Source: a virus
Lineage: Duplodnaviria > Caudoviricetes
IMG/VR virus record: IMGVR_UViG_3300044491_002553
Location: 1 to 55,945 of that record
Strand: one strand, 5' to 3'
Length of the DNA: 55,945 nt
Each line of letters opens with the position of its first letter. The stretch's first letter is position 1. The translations under genes and the position numbers were made by a program. Of this stretch, positions 40,371 to 48,876 are shown one piece after another. Under the pieces are notes generated by a model. That model was not told where the DNA came from and ran no database searches. It was given only the letters and a program-made list of their open reading frames with translations.

Positions 40371-41476
40371 TACCTTTTGCTCACAAACATGGTTACTATC
40401 AACTAGAAGACAAAATTACATACAGCAAACTGGAAGCATTAGAATGGCAAAAACTAACTGGCAAATGGCCAGAATGGAACTTCAATCGAGAAGTGTTTGA
40501 ATGCTATGATTGGACTGTAATGCCTGACTTTGATCTGTCAGGACATTACATGATGAGAGCAAAACAGATCAGAGAAAAGTATGATTACTGTGTGCTTTTT
40601 TACAGTGGAGGCAGTGACAGTCATAACATGCTGAATGCATGGATAAAACAAGATTTAAAAATAGATGAGATTGCAAGTTTTTGGAACTTGGAAGGCACAA
40701 AAGATCCACAGAGTTTTATGTGTGCAGAAATACAAAATGTAGTATTACCTGATATAGATACACTAAAAGCAAAAGGCATAGAGTTTAAGTTTAGACTGAT
40801 AGACATCTGCCAAATGACTGTGGATTATATTGCAAAACACAAGTTTGATTATGGATATTATAGTAATCACAGCATAAGTCCAAATAATGTAATCAAAGGA
40901 ACATTTAGAGAAAGTATAGACGATTACAAAAAATTAATAGACAGTGGCAAAACTGTGTGTTTTGTGTGGGGCAGTGAAAAACCACAAGTACATGTTGATG
41001 AAAACGGAAGATGGTATTTTCAATTTATGGATGTGATAGATAATTGTATAAGTCCATATGTGCAAATGAACCAACACAATGGTTGGTTTGATGAATTATT
41101 TTACTGGACCCCTGATATGCCACAGATGATTATAAAACAGGCACATGTGATAAAACAGTTTTGTGAATTATCTGATGATAGCAGTTACTTTCAAAAAGAA
41201 TACAGTCCATATGGATACAGCAAAAAACTCAACATGTATGTCAGCCATGATGGTGTAAAAAGAATAATTTACCCATGGTGGGATACAAATATATTTTGCA
41301 ATGGCAAAGGTGCTACAAATTATCTAACATTTAGTCCTAGAGATAGTTGGATTTTGCAAGATAGTAAAAGCATGATCTCAAGTATTGTAAAAAATTTACC
41401 CACATACTGGACAATGGAAAATCCAAAAAGCAGTAGCATAAAAGCACACGTACAAAGGCACTATCTATGCAACTAG
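40367..41476 (+). CDS. PP-loop (adenine nucleotide alpha-hydrolase superfamily) protein
   Basis: VLFYSGGSDS (SGGxDS) motif; substrate unknown. Confidence 0.7.
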   Translation: MIPFAHKHGYYQLEDKITYSKLEALEWQKLTGKWPEWNFNREVFECYDWTVMPDFDLSGHYMMRAKQIREKYDYCVLFYSGGSDSHNMLNAWIKQDLKIDEIASFWNLEGTKDPQSFMCAEIQNVVLPDIDTLKAKGIEFKFRLIDICQMTVDYIAKHKFDYGYYSNHSISPNNVIKGTFRESIDDYKKLIDSGKTVCFVWGSEKPQVHVDENGRWYFQFMDVIDNCISPYVQMNQHNGWFDELFYWTPDMPQMIIKQAHVIKQFCELSDDSSYFQKEYSPYGYSKKLNMYVSHDGVKRIIYPWWDTNIFCNGKGATNYLTFSPRDSWILQDSKSMISSIVKNLPTYWTMENPKSSSIKAHVQRHYLCN

Positions 41477-42486
41477 CACTTGATCATTGGCACATAGAAC
41501 CTAGCAGTATCTGTACTTTAGCATGTCCAAGATGTCCAAGAGCAGAAGTGCCAGAAACACTGTTAAACAGACAACTGGATTTACAGTTTTTTGTAAATCA
41601 AATAGGTGCTGATATGATCAAAAAGATAAAAAGAATTACTTTTTGTGGCAACGACGGAGACCCAATATATTGTAAACAATTTTTAGAAATATGTGACTGG
41701 ATAAAAACTGTAAATCCAAACATGCAACTTTTGATAGTTACCAATGGCAGTTACAAAAAATCATCTTGGTGGCAAAAACTTGCTGAAATACTCAACACCA
41801 ATGATGAAATAAATTGGAGCATAGATGGTTGGGACCAAAAAAGTAATGAAATGTATAGACAAAGATGTGACTTTGAAAGTATAATAAATGGTATTGAAGT
41901 TTTTAGCAATCACAACCACACAACTTATAAAACTTGGGCCACTATAGCATTTAAATTCAATCAAAATAATCTAGATGACATAGAAAAACTAGCAAAAACA
42001 CATGGATTTGATTGCTGGCAACTTACTAAAAGCACAAAGTTTGGCAATGTATATCCAACATATGGCGATGATGATCCTCTGCAACCAGTTGATGATCTGA
42101 TTGCAAAAGGACATAGATTTGAAAGAGAACAACACTACATTACATCCAAAGCAAGACCTGGCATCAAACAAATTTTTCAACAAAGAACCAAAAAATTGAG
42201 AAACAGCAACGAATACCCAGCCATATGCTACATAGGAAACAAAGGAGTATTTCTAAATGCTATGGGAGAATTTTATCCATGTTGCTGGACTGCTAACAGA
42301 TATGAACATAACAAACAATGGATTGAACTAGGTAAATCTCGGTTCAATTTATATAATTACACTATAGAACAAATTATCCAAGATGAATTTTGGAACAATG
42401 AATTTTTAAAATTTGACAGTTTTGAATGCAAAACCAAATGCACAAAACACGCATTACAGAGTGATGATCATGCTGTCAACTGGTAA
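41467..42486 (+). CDS. Radical SAM protein
   Basis: CTLACPRC, FCGNDGD, VTNG, SIDG; C-terminal C...YPCC...C..KC. Paralog of 39477..40370. Confidence 0.9.
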   Translation: MQLALDHWHIEPSSICTLACPRCPRAEVPETLLNRQLDLQFFVNQIGADMIKKIKRITFCGNDGDPIYCKQFLEICDWIKTVNPNMQLLIVTNGSYKKSSWWQKLAEILNTNDEINWSIDGWDQKSNEMYRQRCDFESIINGIEVFSNHNHTTYKTWATIAFKFNQNNLDDIEKLAKTHGFDCWQLTKSTKFGNVYPTYGDDDPLQPVDDLIAKGHRFEREQHYITSKARPGIKQIFQQRTKKLRNSNEYPAICYIGNKGVFLNAMGEFYPCCWTANRYEHNKQWIELGKSRFNLYNYTIEQIIQDEFWNNEFLKFDSFECKTKCTKHALQSDDHAVNW

Positions 42487-42530
42487 TAACCAGATCTAGG
42501 TAGCAGAGATTAAGCAAAGACTATATACAA

Positions 42531-42938
42531 ATGAATTGGACATACAAAGGCAAAGAAATAACAGAACTACCAGAAGATTGTGTAGGATTTGTTTATATCA
42601 TTACCAATACCACAAACAATAAAAAGTACATAGGCAAAAAACTAGCAAAGTTTAAAACCACAAAACCACCCCTTAAAGGCAGAAAAAACAAAAGACGAGG
42701 CACAAAAGAAAGTGACTGGAGAGAATACTACGGTTCCAGTGACAGTCTAAATGAAGATATAGAAGAAATTGGCAAAGACAAATTCACCAGAGAAATACTG
42801 TTTTATTGCAGAAACAAATCAGAACTATCATACATAGAAGCAAGAGAACAATTCAACCACAAAGTACTAGAATCCGAAGACTATTATAATGGACACATCC
42901 GAGTAAGAGTCCACGGAAAAGGCATACTCAAAACATAA
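42531..42938 (+). CDS. Minimal GIY-YIG family endonuclease (catalytic domain only, 135 aa)
   Basis: GFVYIITN...KYIGKK, YYGSS, conserved E (YIEAREQ) and YYN; no appended DNA-binding repeats. Confidence 0.8.
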   Translation: MNWTYKGKEITELPEDCVGFVYIITNTTNNKKYIGKKLAKFKTTKPPLKGRKNKRRGTKESDWREYYGSSDSLNEDIEEIGKDKFTREILFYCRNKSELSYIEAREQFNHKVLESEDYYNGHIRVRVHGKGILKT

Positions 42939-42945
42939 AAAATTG

Positions 42946-43331
42946 GCTATATAGCACTCTTTATACAATACTACAATATGCGTTGCAGGCTCGCACAATC
43001 CTGACGTTGAGTGCAAGTAAAGGCTAACTACAGGCTAAAAGATTTGGGCACTGGTAGAAACAGAATCCAACCCAAAACTGATACCATGTCGCTGTTATGG
43101 CATGGATTCGGTTCCGTATCTATTCGTGAAGTCAGAAGTAGGGGGTTGACGGGATACCGCCTCCACACAGCAATGTAATCTTCTATAACAGATGAGAGAT
43201 CTTCTCAGCAGATGACTTTCTTTCATGGTTTCACCCGGCAACGGGTGAAGTATGAGTTCAATTTCTAGCAGATAACGTCTTAAAAAATGTGATTGAACGC
43301 AGTGAAAATCACAGATGAACGTAGTTCATCT
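42946..43331 (+). ncRNA. Putative large structured non-coding element of unknown class
   Basis: No ORF of 60 aa or more; GC-enriched relative to its flanks; many stems with G-U pairs on the + strand, two GCAA tetraloops and long-range complementarities (see findings). Confidence 0.65.
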
Positions 43332-43416
43332 CTACTAAATAGATGCTTGTAACAAATGTGATGTTTTAATGAATTGATTTTAGATATTAACTAATTTTTA
43401 CATCAGGAGTTAATGT

Positions 43417-43602
43417 ATGAAAGACACTAATGCTAAAAAATTATGTACGGAATTTAATAAATTCAAAAGAAAAGTACGTGAATTAGGTTTTGAATTTATT
43501 GGAGATCAGGAACTTGAAGCACACTGCACAGAGGACAGTAAAAACAATCCTCGCAGTTATGTCATACTCAGTGCTACCAAAATGGTTGCCCGGTCTTCTT
43601 AG
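43417..43602 (+). CDS. Hypothetical small protein
   Basis: AGGAG 7 nt upstream and CTAAATA at 43335-43341; its 3' end overlaps the convergent gene by 29 bp. Confidence 0.5.
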   Translation: MKDTNAKKLCTEFNKFKRKVRELGFEFIGDQELEAHCTEDSKNNPRSYVILSATKMVARSS

Positions 43603-43812
43603 CAGTTTCCAAGTTATCCTCAATTACTTTTTGAATAATCGACAGGTCTTTACCTGACATTGAATATAGTTCTGTTAGACTGGCGCCCCCTCGCATATAC
43701 CATGATAATCTTGCTATGTTCTCTTTGATCTTTTGATTGCTTTCATCAAATTGTTCTAGCATCTTGACTATCTCTTCATTGGTTAGGCTGAGGAGGCGAA
43801 TACGAAAAAATT
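43574..43812 (-). CDS. gp51-like / frameshift extension of the tail assembly chaperone
   Basis: The frame is open from the slippery site (FRIRLLSLTNEEIVK-MLEQFDES...WYMRGG...PFW); no clear Shine-Dalgarno before the ATG at 43762. Confidence 0.7.
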
Positions 43813-44670
43813 TGATTGATCAAAAGTAAAAGGTGTTGTGTACTGATGCTGGCATTCAGGACAATTAGCAGGAACACTTTTGTTTGGTATTTGCTTGATT
43901 GCAGTTTCTACATGTGTTTTCAACTGCTGATACAGATTTCTGTCTGCATTTTCCACAAACTCCAGTATGTGTGCTTCATCTGAAATAGAAGCACCACCCG
44001 GAACAACAACACGTTCAATTGCACCGGCCATGCTTCTCACGGTGTATCTGGTCATGATTGCAAATATCTCATTGAATCTGTTCTGCTTTTCCTGTTCACT
44101 CATTGTGCTGTCATTCACAGTCTGCACCAATCTCTGCTGTTCAAATGCTTCTAGATTTGCATCATTCATACTGCGATAGTCATTTGGTTTGATGAATATT
44201 TCTAGTTCTTTGTATCTAAATGGTGCATCAAATAGCGAAACATCTACTTTTTTATCTAACCATTGTCTTAGGTCTATCTCATAGTTGTTTGATTCTTCAC
44301 ACTTAGGACAAGTGCTTTGATATTCCATCATTTCTCCGTAACTGGCAATTCTAATAGCAATGAGTATTGCATCAACATCAACAGTTGGTATATGCCATGC
44401 GTTTTTGATTGCAGGTATACAACTCTGAATGACATCAACAACACCTTGACCATTCATCAGTGCATCAGGAGTGTTCAGCAACAGTTCATCTTTGGTGCTT
44501 AGACTGTACACAGGCAATTCACCATTGATTGGCATCTGTAGTACACCAGGTGGATAATACTTGCCTTCACTGGGAAGTCTCATGTATATCTGTGGTTGTC
44601 TCATATATTGTTGCAGTGGATTGGGCATAGCCTGATTTTCCACATTTGGTGTGTTTGTCGTTTTGTCCAC
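43783..44670 (-). CDS. Baseplate hub / tail assembly chaperone, gp26-like
   Basis: LPSEG..Y, KDELLL, D.DAILIAIRIASYGE, two CxxC motifs and an NFF near the C-terminus; GGAG before the GTG start. Confidence 0.8.
   Translation of the reverse strand: MDKTTNTPNVENQAMPNPLQQYMRQPQIYMRLPSEGKYYPPGVLQMPINGELPVYSLSTKDELLLNTPDALMNGQGVVDVIQSCIPAIKNAWHIPTVDVDAILIAIRIASYGEMMEYQSTCPKCEESNNYEIDLRQWLDKKVDVSLFDAPFRYKELEIFIKPNDYRSMNDANLEAFEQQRLVQTVNDSTMSEQEKQNRFNEIFAIMTRYTVRSMAGAIERVVVPGGASISDEAHILEFVENADRNLYQQLKTHVETAIKQIPNKSVPANCPECQHQYTTPFTFDQSNFFVFASSA
43804..43813 (-). promoter_or_regulatory. Programmed -1 frameshift slippery site (A AAT TTT TTC)
   Basis: Two overlapping in-phase X XXY YYZ heptamers; the -1 frame joins the downstream ORF. 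Confidence 0.75.
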
Positions 44671-44682
44671 GAATTTTCTCCG

Positions 44683-44726
44683 ATAAATAATATATAGATA
44701 TTAACAGTATTTATATACGTATATAA
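44683..44726. promoter_or_regulatory. Face-to-face late promoters plus a 16-bp palindrome
   Basis: ATAAATA on + at 44683-44689, TATAAATA on - at 44708-44715, and TTATATACGTATATAA at 44711-44726. Confidence 0.65.
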
Positions 44727-44740
44727 TGGACAAAATTTAA

Positions 44741-46762
44741 ATGGCAGTCACCGTAGATATTCCTGGAATTGGGCAAGTCGAAGCATTTAATGCCGCTAGT
44801 GAACAAACACTACAGCAGATTGCGGCCCTTTTGAGTGGAACCAGCAGTAGTTTTACACAAGCATCGCTGAATCGTTTGGGTGCGGCCAGTTCTAGAGCAA
44901 CAGCGGCTGAAAACAGAAACACCAGAGCCAAAGACAGAAACACAGCACAGATCACAGATGAAACCAGTTCATTGGCAAAACTAGGCAATGCATACAGACA
45001 AGCAGAAATCACTGCCAATCAAAGAAGTATGAATGTTTCAGGCAAAATAGAAAGCATGACCAGAGCAATACAATCCGGACCATTCAACTTTATACAAACA
45101 GCATTTAAAACATTTGGTGAAAAATTAGCAACCTTAGGCACACTGATAGGCACAGCAGGTGCGTTAACAGGATTGCTAGGAAAAGTAGGTGTTGCTGTAG
45201 GAGCCGCCGTAACAGCAATAGGGGGTTTAGGTGGCTTGATGGCAATGCTGGCCAAAACCATGGGAGACACCAATGAGGCTTTTAGAGCCACAGCAAACTC
45301 AGGTGCAATTCTAGGAGGTAGTGTGCTGGCATTCCGTGAAGCATCACATATGTCGATGTTAACAATGACACAGTTCAGTGCAGTGATGGCAAAAGCCAGT
45401 GCTAGTATGGCAGTGTTTGGTGGTACTACTCTTGAAGGATCTAGAGAATTTGCTAGGGCAAATAGAATACTTGTTGATCAGTACGGTACAGATTTATTGA
45501 GAGCAGGATTGACATTCCAAGATATGGGTGTAGCAACTGCTGATTTTTTAGCCAACTTGAAAGAAAGTGGAGAAGGTTTTAACCAAGTTGCTGTGAGCAG
45601 TAGCAGTATTGCTGATGGAACTGCAAAATTAGCCATGCAACAGAAACAATTGGCGGCATTTAACGGCACAACACTGGAACAAGAACGAGAAAAACAGAGA
45701 GCCGCAAGAAAAGATGCACAACTTAACATGGTGATGATGGGCATGGATGCTAAACAGAGGGTAGCAGTGCAACAATTGACACAAACATTTCCGCAGTTCA
45801 GGCAGTTTATATTAGAAAGCGTTGCATTTGGTGGCCCTATTAGAAAAGAAACTTTGATGCAACAACAATTAATGGGCACAACCACAGGTATTCTCACCAA
45901 CACATTAAAGCAGGTTCAGGCAGGATCTCTAGATGGCAGTGCGGCCATTAAAATGATTCAAGATCTCAGCAAAGATAATCCTAAGATCAGAGCAGAATTA
46001 CAAAATCAAGCACAGATTGGAATATTATCAATTGCAGGCAGTCAAAATTCTCTTGTAGCCACAGCAGGACAAAATTTTCAAGCACAGTTTGAAATTGTTA
46101 CTAAAAGTCTTGCTGATGTGGGTAGATTGATACAACAAGATGTTGAAGCATTTGAGAAACTAAGAAGCAACATGGATCCATTGACTGATGCAATAACAAC
46201 TATCACAAAAGACATGCAGACAGCACAGATCAATTTTAGTAGAGCAGTCACAGGAGCATTTGGAACAGGTGTTGGCAGTATTATTATGGGTATAATGAAA
46301 TTGCCTACACAACTTCTTAATCTACTCAGTGGAGGAATAGTAGCATTAACTGGTGCAAACAGAGGAGCAGGTTATATAGATCAACTGTTGGGTTTTACTA
46401 ACCAAGCAACAGGACCAGGAGGTGGTACACCACCAACTCCACCTGGTGTCATACAAAACAACAATACTATTGCTAGGCCTACAGTAAGAACTGATCCACA
46501 AGGTAATGTTTCAACATTGACTCCTCCTCCAACAGCATTAAATCCAAATGACCCAGATTACGAACGTAAATTTGCTGACCTTCTAGCAAAGGTACAAAAA
46601 GAGATGTTGGAAAAACAACAAAAAATAGCAGAACAGAAAAAACAAGAAAAAGAACAGGATTTTCAAAATTTAACCGCTATGGTAAACAATGCAACCACAG
46701 GATTGGGCAATAAAATTGTTGGTGGTTTGGAAGATGTAAAGAAAGCAGTACAGCACGGTTAA
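44741..46762 (+). CDS. Probable tape measure protein
   Basis: Ala/Gly/Gln-rich, predicted helical, with hydrophobic Gly-rich segments; divergent from the frameshifted chaperone pair. Confidence 0.6.
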   Translation: MAVTVDIPGIGQVEAFNAASEQTLQQIAALLSGTSSSFTQASLNRLGAASSRATAAENRNTRAKDRNTAQITDETSSLAKLGNAYRQAEITANQRSMNVSGKIESMTRAIQSGPFNFIQTAFKTFGEKLATLGTLIGTAGALTGLLGKVGVAVGAAVTAIGGLGGLMAMLAKTMGDTNEAFRATANSGAILGGSVLAFREASHMSMLTMTQFSAVMAKASASMAVFGGTTLEGSREFARANRILVDQYGTDLLRAGLTFQDMGVATADFLANLKESGEGFNQVAVSSSSIADGTAKLAMQQKQLAAFNGTTLEQEREKQRAARKDAQLNMVMMGMDAKQRVAVQQLTQTFPQFRQFILESVAFGGPIRKETLMQQQLMGTTTGILTNTLKQVQAGSLDGSAAIKMIQDLSKDNPKIRAELQNQAQIGILSIAGSQNSLVATAGQNFQAQFEIVTKSLADVGRLIQQDVEAFEKLRSNMDPLTDAITTITKDMQTAQINFSRAVTGAFGTGVGSIIMGIMKLPTQLLNLLSGGIVALTGANRGAGYIDQLLGFTNQATGPGGGTPPTPPGVIQNNNTIARPTVRTDPQGNVSTLTPPPTALNPNDPDYERKFADLLAKVQKEMLEKQQKIAEQKKQEKEQDFQNLTAMVNNATTGLGNKIVGGLEDVKKAVQHG

Positions 46763-46770
46763 TAAAAAAC

Positions 46771-46799
46771 TTGCGTAAATACAGTAAAGGTGTTATAAT
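46771..46799 (+). promoter_or_regulatory. sigma70-like TTGCGT-N17-TATAAT with an embedded late-type TAAATA
   Basis: Read directly upstream of the portal gene; the ATG follows the -10 after 6 intervening nt. Confidence 0.6.
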
Positions 46800-46805
46800 A
46801 ATATT

Positions 46806-48512
46806 ATGAGTTGGAAAAAATTTTTTAAAACAGCGGACCAAACCAGTCCACTAACAAATGTAAGAATGCCAAGTACCAGATCTGACATGAAATATGGTCA
46901 TTATGCCAGTCATCTACCAGATGTATACATTGGGCATCCAAATAGAATAGAACGTTACACACAGTATGAACAGATGGATGCTGACAGTGAAATAAATGCG
47001 GCATTGGACATACTAAGTGAGTTTTGCACACAGTCAAATGTTGAAAATGGTACTGCATTTCAGATAACTTGGAAAGATGATCCCACAGACAATGAAGTAG
47101 AAATTGTTAGGCAACAACTACAAGCATGGAACAACATCAACGAATTTAACAAACGAATTTTTAAAATATTTCGTAATGTAATGAAGTATGGTGATCAGGT
47201 GTTTATCAGAGATCCAGAGACCTATGAATGGTTCTGGGTAGGCATGGACAAAGTTACCAAAGTAATTGTCAACGAAAGTGAAGGCAAAAAACCTGAACAG
47301 TATGTGCTTAAAGATATAAATCCTAATTTTGAGAATCTCACAGCCACAGCCAACACCTATGTGGACCAACAGACAGCAAACAGCAAAAGTGCAGGCTACA
47401 TGCAACCTACAAATGTGTATGGTAACACCGGATCAGGCGGACTTACAGGTGGTAGATTTGATCGACAGGTTAATGAAAAAGCCATTGGTGCTGAACACAT
47501 TATACACACCAGTCTAACAGAAGGGTTGGATGTAAATTGGCCTTTTGGTAACAGTATACTAGAACAGGTATACAAAGTATTCAAACAAAAAGAACTACTT
47601 GAAGATGCAATCATTATATATCGTATACAGAGAGCACCAGAAAGACGTGTGTTTTATGTTGATGTAGGTAATATGCCACAACACATGGCCATGGCTTTTG
47701 TAGAACAGGTGAAAAATGAAATACATCAAAGGCGTATACCAAGTCAAACAGGCGGTGGCGCCAACATCATGGACACCACATACAATCCATTGAGTATAAA
47801 TGAAGATTACTTCTTCCCACAGACAGCAGAAGGCAGAGGAAGTAAAGTTGAAACACTACCAGGTGGTACCAATCTTGGTGAAATTGATGATTTAAAATAC
47901 TTTACCAATAAACTGTTCAGAGGATTACGTATTCCTAGCAGTTATTTGCCAAGTGGACCAGACGAAAGTGCCGCAAGTTACCAAGATGGTAGAGTAGGTA
48001 CTGCACTAATACAAGAATATAGATTTAATGAATACTGCAAAAGACTACAGAGATATGTCAGTCATACCTTTGACAGAGAATTTAAAATATTTCTCAAGTG
48101 GAGAGGTTTTGAAATTGACAATGCTAGTTTTGAAGTACGTTTCAATGAACCACAAAACTTCACCAAATACAGAATGAGCGAAGTTGATGCCGCTAAGATA
48201 TCCACCTTCTCTAACCTAGAACAGTTCCCTTATCTCAGCAAGAGATTTTTGATGGAGAGATTTTTAGGATTAACTGAACAAGAAATGGTGGAAAATGCTA
48301 AACTTTGGAAAGAAGAAAATGATGAAAATGTTTCTTCTGGTGTACCTAACATGAGAAGTGTTGGTGTAACCAAAGGTGGCATAGACACTGATATTGCAAA
48401 TTTTGATACTAGTGATGTTGCAGTTGGTGATGAAACTGTGGATACAGATGAAACACCTGCAGATGAAACTGGAAATGAAAGTCCAGTAGGTTCAGCAACT
48501 CCTGAAACTTAA
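46806..48512 (+). CDS. gp20: Portal protein, T4 gp20-like
   Basis: LLEDAIIIYRIQRAPERRVFYVDVGNMP, EDYFFP...GRGSKVETLPGG.NLGEIDD..YF. Confidence 0.95.
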   Translation: MSWKKFFKTADQTSPLTNVRMPSTRSDMKYGHYASHLPDVYIGHPNRIERYTQYEQMDADSEINAALDILSEFCTQSNVENGTAFQITWKDDPTDNEVEIVRQQLQAWNNINEFNKRIFKIFRNVMKYGDQVFIRDPETYEWFWVGMDKVTKVIVNESEGKKPEQYVLKDINPNFENLTATANTYVDQQTANSKSAGYMQPTNVYGNTGSGGLTGGRFDRQVNEKAIGAEHIIHTSLTEGLDVNWPFGNSILEQVYKVFKQKELLEDAIIIYRIQRAPERRVFYVDVGNMPQHMAMAFVEQVKNEIHQRRIPSQTGGGANIMDTTYNPLSINEDYFFPQTAEGRGSKVETLPGGTNLGEIDDLKYFTNKLFRGLRIPSSYLPSGPDESAASYQDGRVGTALIQEYRFNEYCKRLQRYVSHTFDREFKIFLKWRGFEIDNASFEVRFNEPQNFTKYRMSEVDAAKISTFSNLEQFPYLSKRFLMERFLGLTEQEMVENAKLWKEENDENVSSGVPNMRSVGVTKGGIDTDIANFDTSDVAVGDETVDTDETPADETGNESPVGSATPET

Positions 48513-48534
48513 TAAATAAGTGTAGGAGTTTACT

Positions 48535-48765
48535 ATGTTACTTAAAAATCTATTTGAATATACAGATCCTAGCACAGACACAACAGGTATGCAAGATCTT
48601 CAGCAAGACAACAGTGTTGCAATGAAGACTGACACACGTAAAACACGACTTACCTTAGAACAAATTAATAAACTTAGACAACTTAATGATGTTAAAATGG
48701 TTGAATATCATAAAAAAGTTGAACAAGTTCGAAAGCAGTTCGGTCAACAATCCCAAGAATCTTAA
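48535..48765 (+). CDS. Small head-module protein (prohead core candidate)
   Basis: TAAATA and AGGAG upstream; lies between the portal and protease genes. Confidence 0.65.
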   Translation: MLLKNLFEYTDPSTDTTGMQDLQQDNSVAMKTDTRKTRLTLEQINKLRQLNDVKMVEYHKKVEQVRKQFGQQSQES

Positions 48766-48876
48766 AAAATTATAGTATATGTCTCTTTTTGATTCAAAAA
48801 GTGTATATATTACTGTAACTTTTTTTAACATACTAAATAAAAGCACAACTGCCTTATGAAATAAAGGAGCCTTATA

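Noticed and set aside
42939-43416. Group I or group II intron hosting the GIY-YIG gene
   Set aside because: No interrupted host gene (flanking ORFs are complete), and I could not find group I R/S (P7) consensus or a group II domain V. This rejection is by eye only; a covariance search is still needed.
42939-43416. tRNA, tmRNA or CRISPR array
   Set aside because: No cloverleaf with a T-loop/CCA, no tmRNA-like termini, and the repeats are 7-15 bp and irregularly spaced.
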